Below, in pieces: positions 21,702-30,667 of a stretch of DNA of 64,000 bases (positions are counted from its first letter, which is position 1; each line of letters begins with the position of its first letter). A model generated the notes under the pieces. It was given only the letters and a program-made list of their open reading frames with translations. It was not told the DNA's origin and searched no databases. The stretch is taken from assembly GCA_963801165.1 (NCBI GenBank), contig CAWDDT010000004.1:192001-256000 (forward strand). Reading direction: 5' to 3'. The position numbers were made by a program, and so were the translations under genes. The stretch is from an uncultured bacterium. Lineage in GTDB: Bacteria > Actinomycetota > Acidimicrobiia > Spongiisociales > UBA5794.

Positions 21702-23063
21702 GTGATCACATACACCGTCGCCGATGTCACCCGAATGCTGATGCGAGTCATCAGCCGGGCCTTCCCGGATGAGATCTGGGTGCAAGGCGAGATCAGGGAT
21801 CTCAACCGGGCCCCCAGCGGGCACGTCTACTTCAGCCTGATCGACCCGGATTCAGAGGAGACACCGGCTCCGATCCTGCCGGTCACGCTCTTTGCATCCG
21901 ACAAGTTTGCGGTGAATCGTCTCTTGCAGCGCTCCGGGGCCGGACGCATGGATGACGGCGTCGCGGTCCGAATCAGGGGTCAGATATCGTACTACTCGGC
22001 AAGGGGGACGGTGCAGCTCCGGATGACCTGGATCGATCCCGATTACACGCTGGGGAAGCTGGCCGCAGAGCGGGAGCGGCTCATCAAGAGCCTCGAAGAG
22101 CGCGGGCTCCTCAGCAAGAATCGGGAGATCCCGCTGCCGCTGGTGCCGCTGCGGATCGGGCTCATCACCAGCGCCGGCAGCGCCGCAGACGCCGATTTCA
22201 CTCACGAGCTCCAATCCAGTGGCTACGCCTGGAACCTCACTCGGTGCGATGCCCGGGTTCAGGGTGCGGAGGCGATCCCTGACGTGCTGCGTGGGCTGAA
22301 ACGACTAGAGGCGGCGCAGATCGATGTCATTGCCATCGTGCGAGGAGGCGGTGCCCAGACCGACCTGGCTGCCTTCGATAGCGAGGAGGTCGCGCTGGCG
22401 ATCGCACAGTGCCCGGTACCGGTCATGACGGGAATCGGACATGAGATCGACTTGTCGATCGCCGACCTGGTGGCGAGGAGCCACAAGACACCGACGGCCT
22501 GCGCCGCCGCCCTTGTGGGGCGTGTCGCCGATTTCCTGGCCAGGCTCGATCATCTCGGCGTGGCGACGCAGCGGGTTGCCACGGGCCGGCTGCGGGCCGC
22601 GGCCGGCACCGTCGGTCATGCGACCGCGCGGCTACATCGCTCCGCGCTGGCGGCCGGCTCCCGCGCCGGGCGGCGCCTGGACTCGATCGAATGGCAGACC
22701 GCACGGGAGAGTCGCAGCAGGCTCAGGCATCAGCGCGATCGGGTTGCGGTCATCCAACGGCAGATTCACCGTGCCGGGTCCGTTGGCGTTGATGCCGCCG
22801 TCGCATCGGTGGATAGGACGGCGGACGCAGTCGGGACCGCTGCCATCCGCATTGTCGAGACCGCCCGTGATCATCTGGCCGATCTCGAGCACAGGACGGA
22901 GTTGCTCGATCCGCAGCGCGTGCTTGCCCGCGGCTGGTCGATCACGAGAACCGGGGAGGGAGATCTGGTCACCGCACCCGTCCCGCCGGGCACCGGGCTG
23001 CGGACGACGGTGGCCGGGGGCGAGATCACTAGCGTTGTCAGCGAGGAGACGAACGATGGCTGA
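21702..23063 (+). CDS. xseA: Exodeoxyribonuclease VII large subunit
   Basis: WVQGEI, SGHVYFSL, RIGLITS, RGGG, TGIGHEID, TPTA, P.RVLARGWS. Confidence 0.93.
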   Translation: MITYTVADVTRMLMRVISRAFPDEIWVQGEIRDLNRAPSGHVYFSLIDPDSEETPAPILPVTLFASDKFAVNRLLQRSGAGRMDDGVAVRIRGQISYYSARGTVQLRMTWIDPDYTLGKLAAERERLIKSLEERGLLSKNREIPLPLVPLRIGLITSAGSAADADFTHELQSSGYAWNLTRCDARVQGAEAIPDVLRGLKRLEAAQIDVIAIVRGGGAQTDLAAFDSEEVALAIAQCPVPVMTGIGHEIDLSIADLVARSHKTPTACAAALVGRVADFLARLDHLGVATQRVATGRLRAAAGTVGHATARLHRSALAAGSRAGRRLDSIEWQTARESRSRLRHQRDRVAVIQRQIHRAGSVGVDAAVASVDRTADAVGTAAIRIVETARDHLADLEHRTELLDPQRVLARGWSITRTGEGDLVTAPVPPGTGLRTTVAGGEITSVVSEETNDG

Positions 23064-23271
23064 GGAGATCACGTACACGGCCGCACTCGCCGAGCTCGAG
23101 GAGATTCTTGCGGCCATCGAGGAAGAACAAGTCGATGTCGACGAGCTGGCGGTCCGGGTGAAGCGGTCCGCCGAGTTGATCAGGTTGTGCCGGAGCCGGA
23201 TCGACGCGGCCGCGGCGGAGGTCGAGACCGTTGTTCGAGAGATGGATTCGGGAGAGGATCGGAATGGATGA
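23056..23271 (+). CDS. xseB: Exodeoxyribonuclease VII small subunit
   Basis: MAEEITYTAALAELEEILAAIEE..VDVDELA..VKR..ELIRLCR; overlaps the xseA stop. Confidence 0.9.
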   Translation: MAEEITYTAALAELEEILAAIEEEQVDVDELAVRVKRSAELIRLCRSRIDAAAAEVETVVREMDSGEDRNG

Positions 23272-23507
23272 AAGCGCTTTAACCGAGTTCACCCGCGGCG
23301 CGGCCGGGTGGAGATGAGCGAGGGTGGTGTCGGGCAGATGGTGGCGCTCCAGGCCGCGGTGTCGGGGAGCAGGGTCGGTCTTCTGATCGCGGCAAGGTGA
23401 CCTTGGAGGATTCGCGGGTGATGGTCACGACGGCGCAGGCGGCCGCGTTTGGACCGGTCGCCGGTTTAGTGTTGTTCCTGCTGTCCCGGTTGCCGGGCAG
23501 ACACTGA
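23264..23507 (+). pseudogene. Small membrane protein ORF broken by two apparent 1-nt deletions
   Basis: ATG overlaps the xseB end; restoring one base near 23305 and one near 23390 gives MDESALTEFTRGAA.VEMSEGGVGQMVALQAAVSGSRVGLLI.GKVTLEDSRVMVTTAQAAAFGPVAGLVLFLLSRLPGRH. Confidence 0.45.
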
Positions 23508-23576
23508 GCACGGCGCAGTGCGGGCCCGGGTCGTATGCTGCGTTCTATGCATCGTGACACCGCGTACTCGCATGTA

Positions 23577-25262
23577 ATGGTCGACCAGGACTCGGGGGAG
23601 CGCTATCTCGCAGTTGCCGAGCGCGGTACCGAGCTTCTCAAGAACGCCATCCTCAACAAGGGAACCGCGTTCACCAGAGAGGAACGGGATGCGTTCGGCC
23701 TCGTCGGAATGCTCCCCGATCGGGTATCAACCATCGAAGAGCAGATCGAGCGGGTGGCGAACCAGATCCAGTTCAAAGCAACCGACATGGACAAGAACAT
23801 CTATCTCAACGGTCTGATGGACCGGAATGAGACGCTGTTCTACCGGGCGCTGATCGAGAACCTCGAGATGATGGTGCCGCTGATCTACACACCGACGGTG
23901 GCGACGGCGTGCCGCCATTGGAGCAAGATCTTCCGCAGGGCGCGCGGCATCTATATCACCCCACGCGAGCGGGGCCGGATGGCGGAGGTCTTGCGTTGTC
24001 GGCCCAAGGCGGGGCGGCCCGTGATAGTCGTCACCGACAACGAGCGGATCCTCGGCATCGGGGACCAGGGGGCGGGCGGTATGGGTATACCGATCGGCAA
24101 GCTCGCCCTCTATGCCGCGGGGGCAGGGATTCATCCCACGCGCTGTATACCGGTTTCGCTCGACGTCGGCACCAACAACCCGGAGCTGCTCGCGGACCCC
24201 GGGTACATCGGCTATCACAAGCCACGTCTGGTTGGGGATGAGTACAGGGAGTTCATCGCCGAGTTCGTGGCCGCCGTCCAGAGCGTCTACCCCGATGCCC
24301 TGCTCCAGTGGGAGGACTTCTCGAACCGAACCAGCTTCGAGAACCTCTTCACCTACAGGAATGTGCTGCCTTCGTTCAACGACGATATCCAGGGGACCGC
24401 CGCGATGGTCGTGGCCGGGCTCAAGGTCGCCACCCGTCACATCGGGTCGAAGATCAGTGACCAGCGCATCGTGATCGTCGGGGCCGGATCCGCCGGTATC
24501 GGGATCCGCGACCAGATCACGACGGCGATGATGGACGAGGGATCAGCCCGGCCCGAGGCGGAGGCCAGGATCATGGCGCTCGACAGCCGTGGCCTGATCG
24601 TCGAGGGCAGATCAAATCTGTCGCCGGGGAAGCAGCGGTTGGCGTTGTCCCGGGAAGCGGTTCGGGACTGGGAGATCGACGGCGAAGGGATCGGGCTCGA
24701 TGACGTGGTGCGCAACGCGAGAGCTTCTGTGCTCATCGGCGTCAGCGGGGTCCCCGGTATGTTCACCGAGGACATCGTCCGCCGCATGGCGAGCTATGTG
24801 TCGCGTCCGATCATCATGCCGCTCTCCAACCCGACCAGCCACGCCGAGCTCACCCCGTCGAGCGCCATTGAGTGGACAGACGGGCGGGCGATCGTGGCCA
24901 CGGGCAGCCCGTTCCCCGATGTCCACTACGGTGGCCGGGTGCACAGGATCGGGCAAGCCAACAACGTATTCGTCTTCCCCGGGATGGGCCTCGGCCTCCT
25001 CACGGTGGGTGCCCGCGAGGTGACCGATCGCCTGTTTCTGGCTGCCTCGAAGGCCCTCGCCGACGCTGTTGATACCGCATTGGTCGAGGAAGGTCAGCTC
25101 TACCCGTCGATAAATGACGTCCGGGCCACGTCATTGGCGGTCGCCAGGGCCGTAGCCAATCAGGCCATGGCAGACGGGCTGGCCGAGCCGATCGCCGACA
25201 TCGACCAACGGATCGAGGAGGAGATGTGGTACCCGGAGTATCTGCCGTACCGGCCGGTCTGA
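23577..25262 (+). CDS. maeA: NAD-dependent malic enzyme
   Basis: NKGTAF, IYTPTV, VTDNERILGIGDQG, QWEDF, FNDDIQGT, GAGSAG, LSNPT, QANN. Confidence 0.95.
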   Translation: MVDQDSGERYLAVAERGTELLKNAILNKGTAFTREERDAFGLVGMLPDRVSTIEEQIERVANQIQFKATDMDKNIYLNGLMDRNETLFYRALIENLEMMVPLIYTPTVATACRHWSKIFRRARGIYITPRERGRMAEVLRCRPKAGRPVIVVTDNERILGIGDQGAGGMGIPIGKLALYAAGAGIHPTRCIPVSLDVGTNNPELLADPGYIGYHKPRLVGDEYREFIAEFVAAVQSVYPDALLQWEDFSNRTSFENLFTYRNVLPSFNDDIQGTAAMVVAGLKVATRHIGSKISDQRIVIVGAGSAGIGIRDQITTAMMDEGSARPEAEARIMALDSRGLIVEGRSNLSPGKQRLALSREAVRDWEIDGEGIGLDDVVRNARASVLIGVSGVPGMFTEDIVRRMASYVSRPIIMPLSNPTSHAELTPSSAIEWTDGRAIVATGSPFPDVHYGGRVHRIGQANNVFVFPGMGLGLLTVGAREVTDRLFLAASKALADAVDTALVEEGQLYPSINDVRATSLAVARAVANQAMADGLAEPIADIDQRIEEEMWYPEYLPYRPV

Positions 25263-25263
25263 C

Positions 25264-26691
25264 ATGAGTGCACCGTCTATCGCACCCGAGCGGGGGATTT
25301 TCGTAAACCGGACCATCAATCTGCGCTCGATAAAGGCCATCGGGTACGACATGGACTACACGCTCGTCCACTACCACGTTGGCGAGTGGGAGTCGGAGGC
25401 GTTCGCCCACGCCAAAGCCAGGTTGCTGGACCTGGGTTTCCCGGTCGAAAAGATCGAGTTCGATCCCGCGGCCGTCATCCGTGGTCTCGCCATTGATCTC
25501 GAGACAGGCAATCTGGTCAAGGCGACCCGGTTTGGCTATGTGATCCGGGCGGCGCACGGCACCAGGTTCCTCGACTACGACGACATGCGCCGCACCTATG
25601 CCAGCACGATGGTCGACCTGGCCGAGGAACGGTTCGTATTCATCAACACGCTGTTCTCCCTCTCGGAGGCAAGCCTGTACGCACAGCTCGTCGACCTTCT
25701 CGATGCGGGTCGCATCGACAAGGGCGTCGGTTATCGAGGTTTGTTCCAGGCGGTAGGAGCTTCGCTCGACGGTTCCCACCGCGCCGGGTCGTTGAAGCGG
25801 AGCATTGTCGCCGACCCGGTGCGGTTCATTGACCCTGATCCGGATGGGGTGCTGGCGCTGGTTGATCAGTTGGAGGCCGGGAAGCGTCTGATGATGATCA
25901 CGAACTCCGAGTGGGACTACACGGTGCGGATCATGGAGCACGCCTTCGACCCGTATCTTCCCGCCGGCATGAGCTGGCGGGACCTCTTCGAAGCCATCAT
26001 CGTCTCTTCCGACAAACCATTGTTCTTCACCGCCAACAAGCCGCTATACAAGGTCGTCGACGAGGAAGCGTCGCTGCTTCGGCCACATATCGGCAAGATC
26101 GAGCCGGGCAGCGTCTTCTTCGGTGGTTGTGCCACCCAGGTCGAGAGCTCGATGGAGGTCTCAGGTGACGAGATCCTCTATGTCGGCGACCATCTGTTTG
26201 GCGACGTCCATTTTTCTAAGGCGCTGCTGCGGTGGCGCACCGCCCTGATCCTCAGGGAGTTGGAGGGCGAGGTGGCCGGGCTGCGCGCTTTTCGTCCCAA
26301 AGAGGTGAAGCTGGAGACGTTGATGGGGGAGAAGACATCGCTCGAGGCTGAGTTGTCGGCGGTCCGGCTGGCGTTGCAGCGGCAGCGGCTCGGCTATGCA
26401 CCACCCCCGGAGGGTGTTGCCCCCGACCGGGACAGTGTCGATGAGCTGCGCGAGCAGATTTCCGCCATCGACGAGGAGATCACGCCGCTGGCGGTGGCCG
26501 CCTCCCAGCTGCGCAACAAGGCGTGGGGCCCACTAATGCGTGCCGGCATCGACAAGAGCCTGTTTGCCCGCCAGGTCGAGAAGTACGCCGACTGCTATAC
26601 CTCACGGGTGGCCAACTTCGGTGCCGTGAGCCCGTTTGCGCTGCTGCGCGCCTCCCGTCTCGACCTTCCCCACGACACCTGGATCGACTGA
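25264..26691 (+). CDS. HAD-IG family (cN-II-type) 5'-nucleotidase
   Basis: GYDMDYTL, ITNS, KPLFF, YVGDHLFGD, YADCYTSRV. Confidence 0.92.
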   Translation: MSAPSIAPERGIFVNRTINLRSIKAIGYDMDYTLVHYHVGEWESEAFAHAKARLLDLGFPVEKIEFDPAAVIRGLAIDLETGNLVKATRFGYVIRAAHGTRFLDYDDMRRTYASTMVDLAEERFVFINTLFSLSEASLYAQLVDLLDAGRIDKGVGYRGLFQAVGASLDGSHRAGSLKRSIVADPVRFIDPDPDGVLALVDQLEAGKRLMMITNSEWDYTVRIMEHAFDPYLPAGMSWRDLFEAIIVSSDKPLFFTANKPLYKVVDEEASLLRPHIGKIEPGSVFFGGCATQVESSMEVSGDEILYVGDHLFGDVHFSKALLRWRTALILRELEGEVAGLRAFRPKEVKLETLMGEKTSLEAELSAVRLALQRQRLGYAPPPEGVAPDRDSVDELREQISAIDEEITPLAVAASQLRNKAWGPLMRAGIDKSLFARQVEKYADCYTSRVANFGAVSPFALLRASRLDLPHDTWID

Positions 26692-26702
26692 CCTTTCCGC
26701 TT

Positions 26703-26744
26703 CTTGCGTAGACGGTGCCGGTATGCCGGCACCGTCTACGCAAG
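26703..26744. repeat. REP-like inverted repeat (19-bp arms, 4-nt loop)
   Basis: CTTGCGTAGACGGTGCCGG-TATG-CCGGCACCGTCTACGCAAG. Confidence 0.85.
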
Positions 26745-27329
26745 GCCGCTGTTCGTGCCGTGGTCCTCACCCACGGTCACAGTGACCACCTGGGCTCGGC
26801 GGAGCGATTGCGGCGTGAGCATGGCGTGCCAGTGCTCTGTCACGGCACCGAGGTGCCCGTTGCTCGGGGTGAGATCACCCAGCGGATTTCGGTGATGGAG
26901 TTGCGCCGAGCCTGGCGGCCGAAGGTCTTCCGCTTCGCCCTGAACGCCATTCGGCGCGGTGGTCTACGATCGGAGCACGTCACCGATATCAGCACCTTCG
27001 AGGATGGGGAGACGATCGACGTCCCCGGCAAGCCGGTTGTGGTCTTCACCCCGGGCCACACCCAGGGACACTGTTCACTCCACTTACCCGAGCGTGGGGT
27101 CGTGATCACAGGCGATGCGCTCATCACCGTCGATCTGTGGGACCCGGAGCGGCGTGGGCCGCAACCGGTGCGGTACCAGTTCAACCACGACCACCCCCGG
27201 GCCATCGCATCTCTCGATCGGCTCGGCGATCTCGAAGCCGACGTACTCGTGCCCGGCCACGGTCGGCCGTGGCGAGGAAGCCCACGGGATGCGGTCGAGA
27301 CGGCGAGGCGATCCGCCACCGCCGAGTGA
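26745..27329 (+). pseudogene. Metallo-beta-lactamase-fold hydrolase, 5'-truncated
   Basis: THGHSDHLG, TPGHTQGH, TGDAL and PGHG present; only a few codons before HxHxDH; no N-terminal strands or DAG motif and no credible start. Confidence 0.7.
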
Positions 27330-27380
27330 CGCGGAAGTTGCCGGGAACGCCAGGAGAACTCAGCGCCCGTTTCGAACGCT

Positions 27381-27459
27381 CCCTCAATCCCGGCTCGTGT
27401 CCCTCAATCCCGGCTCGTGTCCCTCAATCCCGGTTCGTGTCCCTCAATCCCGGTTCGTG
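27381..27459. repeat. Tandem repeat, 4 x 20 bp (CCCTCAATCCCGGYTCGTGT)
   Basis: Two copies with C then two with T; no spacers; between convergent genes. Confidence 0.95.
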
Positions 27460-27465
27460 ATCGAC

Positions 27466-27487
27466 GTGGCTGCCTTGCGGCAGCCAC
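27466..27487 (-). terminator. Hairpin after psuG
   Basis: GTGGCTGCC-TTGC-GGCAGCCAC; GCAA tetraloop on the minus strand. Confidence 0.6.
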
Positions 27488-27497
27488 CCTCGTGGCA

Positions 27498-28409
27498 TCA
27501 GCGCTGCTGACCTTCCCGGGCCAGCTCCACCGCTACCTGGGCTGCCACCGAGGCGTTGTTCTCGGCGAGGGCGAGATTGGTGGGGATGCTACGACCGCCG
27601 GTGATGTCGGCGATCTGCTCCAATACGAACGGGGTCACCGCGGGACCCCGGATGTCGCCCGCCCGGGCAAGCGCGGTCTCGATCGCGTCCCAAACATCGT
27701 CTGCAGGTATGGCGTCGGCCTCCGGTACGGGGACCGCCAGAAGCACCCCGCCCTGTTCCCAGGCGAACCGGTGGACCAGGATGGCCGCCACCTCTGCTGC
27801 CGACTCGACGCGCCGTGGCGCCGCCACCCCGCTCGTACGGGAATAGAACATGGGGAACTCGTCTGTTTGATAGCCGAGCACCGGCACGGACTCGGTCTCG
27901 AGGAACTCGACCGTCTTGGCGATGTCGAGGAACGCCTTGGCGCCTGCACACACCGTCAGCACGGGGTGCAGCGCTATGGCCCCGAGGTCTGAGCTGATAT
28001 CACCGGATACCTCCGAGCCTATGTGCACGCCGCCGATCCCACCGGTGGCGAACACCTCGATCCCTGCGGCGGCACACAGCGCCAGCGATGCGGACACCGT
28101 GGTGGCACCTACCGGCCAGCGCTGCGCCAGAGCGACCGGTATGTCCCGTTCGGCAGTTTTCTTCGCAGGCCCGAGGATTCGCTCGCGTTCGCTCTCGTCG
28201 AGACCCACTCGCGCCTCTCCGTCGAGGATCGCGGTGATCGCCGGCACTGCTCCCTGTTTGCGGATGGCCGCGGTGACCCGGTCGAGCGCCTCGCGATTGG
28301 CCGGGGAGGGGAGACCGAGGTGGCTGAAGATGGTGCTTTCGAGACCGACGATGGGTCTTCCCTCGGTTTGAGCCTTTGCTACTTCCGAGCTTGTCTTCAG
28401 CTGTGGCAT
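27498..28409 (-). CDS. psuG: Pseudouridine-5'-phosphate glycosidase
   Basis: GLESTIFSHLGLP, GATTVS, FATGGIGGVH, DISSDL, CAGAK.FLD, VTPFVL, N.ALAENNA. Confidence 0.93.
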   Translation of the reverse strand: MPQLKTSSEVAKAQTEGRPIVGLESTIFSHLGLPSPANREALDRVTAAIRKQGAVPAITAILDGEARVGLDESERERILGPAKKTAERDIPVALAQRWPVGATTVSASLALCAAAGIEVFATGGIGGVHIGSEVSGDISSDLGAIALHPVLTVCAGAKAFLDIAKTVEFLETESVPVLGYQTDEFPMFYSRTSGVAAPRRVESAAEVAAILVHRFAWEQGGVLLAVPVPEADAIPADDVWDAIETALARAGDIRGPAVTPFVLEQIADITGGRSIPTNLALAENNASVAAQVAVELAREGQQR

Positions 28410-28412
28410 TGA

Positions 28413-29273
28413 TTACCTCTCGGTCCCGGCACCGGGCGACGTCAGAACGCTAGCCGCCAGCCGGATGCCCGTGTTCGTTGCCGATACCGGGTCGGACCCG
28501 GCCATCGCCGAGACGATGTATCCGGCGGCGAAGGCATCGCCCGCTCCGGTCGTGTCGTTGACCGTCGCCACCGGCGGCACCGCGACCATCGTCGTCTCGC
28601 CGGCGCTGTCGACGAGCGTCACCGGGTTCGACCCGGCCTTGATCACCGTGGTGCTCGCTCCCGGCATGGCGGCCTCCGCGGCGACGCCAAGCGCGTCTGC
28701 TTCGTCCTCGTTGCAGAAGAAGACGTCGGGTTGCAGGGCGGCGATGAGCTTGAGGAATCGATCGACGCCGTAGCTGCGGAGCGGTCCCGTCGACGAGGCG
28801 TCGACGCTGACGGTTATCCCCGCGTCACGCGCCAGGGTGATCGCTCCCAGACACGTCGCCCCGAGCGGCTCGACCACGAGCGAGTAGGAGGGGACGTGGA
28901 GCCAGGTCACCCCGTCGAGGGCGCCGGCCGGAAGCTCGCTCAGCTCGGTCGCGGCGGCTCGATCGGGCAGCATCGTTCGTTCTCCGGTCGGATCGACCAG
29001 GACCAGCACTGAGCCGGTCCGCCCCTTGCGGCGCACCAGGACCTGGACCCCGGCGAGCTCGAGCTGGCCTGTGAGCATCTCCCCGAGAGGGTCGTCTCCG
29101 ACCTGGCCGACAAAGCGCGCCGGTGTGCCGACTGCGGCCGCCTGTACGGCGACGGTGGCCGCGCTGCCGCCCCTCCGGTGGAAGATGCGGGCGGGCGTGT
29201 CGGTGCCGTGAACCGGGTCCGCCGCCGGCCATACGACGATGTCTTGTACCAGGTCGCCGATAGTGCACAACAT
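28413..29273 (-). CDS. PfkB-family carbohydrate kinase, probably pseudouridine kinase by context
   Basis: GGSAATVA, GQVGDD, NEDEA, DTTGAGDAFAAG; directly upstream of psuG. Confidence 0.85.
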   Translation of the reverse strand: MLCTIGDLVQDIVVWPAADPVHGTDTPARIFHRRGGSAATVAVQAAAVGTPARFVGQVGDDPLGEMLTGQLELAGVQVLVRRKGRTGSVLVLVDPTGERTMLPDRAAATELSELPAGALDGVTWLHVPSYSLVVEPLGATCLGAITLARDAGITVSVDASSTGPLRSYGVDRFLKLIAALQPDVFFCNEDEADALGVAAEAAMPGASTTVIKAGSNPVTLVDSAGETTMVAVPPVATVNDTTGAGDAFAAGYIVSAMAGSDPVSATNTGIRLAASVLTSPGAGTER

Positions 29274-29322
29274 GGAACGGAGCTTAGGATTTCTAAACCG
29301 GGGATCGTCTTAGGCTGGTGGC

Positions 29323-29898
29323 ATGAAGTTCAGAGATCTCGCGCTGCTCGCCGTTGTGCTGGTCTTGCTGGCGGCCGGCTGCGGTGGTAACGACACCAAA
29401 TCTGAGGGTGTGGCTTCGATGCAGGATCTGTCGACCGAGACGACGGTAACGACGGCAGCGCCGTCTGCCGATGCCGCCACCGCCAGCGACGAGAGCAAGG
29501 TCCTCGAATTCGCCGCCTGCATGCGTGAGCAGGGCATCGACTTTCCCGACCCGGTTGTCGACTCGGACGGGAACGTCGCGTTCGACCTCAAAACACTGAG
29601 CAAACTCGCAGATGTCGATCGGGATACGCTGGAGAAGGCCTTCGAGCCTTGCGCCGGCCTGCTCGAAGGCGTCGACTTCGGCTTCGATAGGATATTCGAT
29701 GCGCAGTTCCAGGATGACCTGGTGGCCTTCTCGGCGTGCATGCGCGCCAACGGTTTCGACCTGCCGGATCCAGACTTTGCCGGTCTCGCCAGTGGCGAGC
29801 CGCTCTACCCGTCGTTCGATGTCAACGACCCCGACTTCGAGTCTGCGTTCGACGCCTGCCGCGACACGCTGCCTGGTATCCCCGGAATTGCCAATTGA
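29323..29898 (+). CDS. Lipoprotein with two FxxCMRxxG-PDP repeats
   Basis: Lipobox LAAGC; FAACMREQG.DFPDP and FSACMRANG.DLPDP, each followed by a second Cys. Confidence 0.8.
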   Translation: MKFRDLALLAVVLVLLAAGCGGNDTKSEGVASMQDLSTETTVTTAAPSADAATASDESKVLEFAACMREQGIDFPDPVVDSDGNVAFDLKTLSKLADVDRDTLEKAFEPCAGLLEGVDFGFDRIFDAQFQDDLVAFSACMRANGFDLPDPDFAGLASGEPLYPSFDVNDPDFESAFDACRDTLPGIPGIAN

Positions 29899-29904
29899 GA
29901 CGCT

Positions 29905-29943
29905 TCTCATTAATTCCTTAGCGTTGTCCCAGGAAGTTCGCAG
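29905..29943 (+). promoter_or_regulatory. Four hexamer boxes with 11-bp periodicity (OmpR/MprA-type site)
   Basis: TCTCAT-N5-CCTTAG-N5-TCCCAG-N5-TCGCAG upstream of 29988. Confidence 0.55.
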
Positions 29944-29987
29944 CTGCGGATGCGATCATCGTTGCTATATCTCGCTAGAGGGGTCTG

Positions 29988-30659
29988 ATGACGACGCGTT
30001 TGCTCACGATTGGCCTTGCTCTCGTTCTTGCGGCGACGGCGTGCGGTGGGAGCGATCATTCGTCCGAAGGGGTGGCGACGCTGGAGGCGGCTGACACGGC
30101 GACGACCGACGCCACCGGCACGACGGACCCGGCAGGCGCGGTTGATCAGGAGCAGGCGATGCTTGCTTTTGCCGCTTGCATGAGAGACAACGGCGTCGAT
30201 ATGCAAGATCCCACCGTCGACGCCGACGGCAACGTTCAGTTCGGGGGCTTTGGTGGCGGGCCGCAGTCCAGCGACGCCGACCGGCAGAGTATCGGCACCG
30301 CCATGGATGCCTGCCGGGACCTCCTCGACGGGCTGTCGCTCGGTCGGGGCGGGGGCAACTTCGATCCCACACAACTCCAGGACACGATGCTCGAGTACGC
30401 CGCTTGCATGCGTGACAACGGTTATGACATGCCAGACCCCGACTTCACCTCGTTCGGGCCGGGCCAGGGAGACGGCGAGCCTGGTCAGGGAGGCGGCGGT
30501 CCATTTGCCAACATCGACCCGCAAGACCCGAACTTCATCAAGGCTCAGGAGGCCTGTCAGGACATTCTCAGCGGCTTCGGCCCCGGTGGTGGCCCGGGCT
30601 TTGCCGGGGGTGGGCCCGGCGGTGACGGGGGCGGCGCCCCGCCCGCCGGCAACGGTTGA
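29988..30659 (+). CDS. Lipoprotein with two CMR-PDP repeats and Gly-rich tail (paralog of 29323..29898)
   Basis: Lipobox ATAC; FAACMRDNG.DMQDP, YAACMRDNG.DMPDP; shares SEGVA and VD.DGNV. Confidence 0.8.
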   Translation: MTTRLLTIGLALVLAATACGGSDHSSEGVATLEAADTATTDATGTTDPAGAVDQEQAMLAFAACMRDNGVDMQDPTVDADGNVQFGGFGGGPQSSDADRQSIGTAMDACRDLLDGLSLGRGGGNFDPTQLQDTMLEYAACMRDNGYDMPDPDFTSFGPGQGDGEPGQGGGGPFANIDPQDPNFIKAQEACQDILSGFGPGGGPGFAGGGPGGDGGGAPPAGNG

Positions 30660-30667
30660 TCCGGACG

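Noticed and set aside
27381-27459. Possible CRISPR array (also considered for 8612-8671)
   Set aside because: The units are directly adjacent with no unique spacers, and there are no cas genes.
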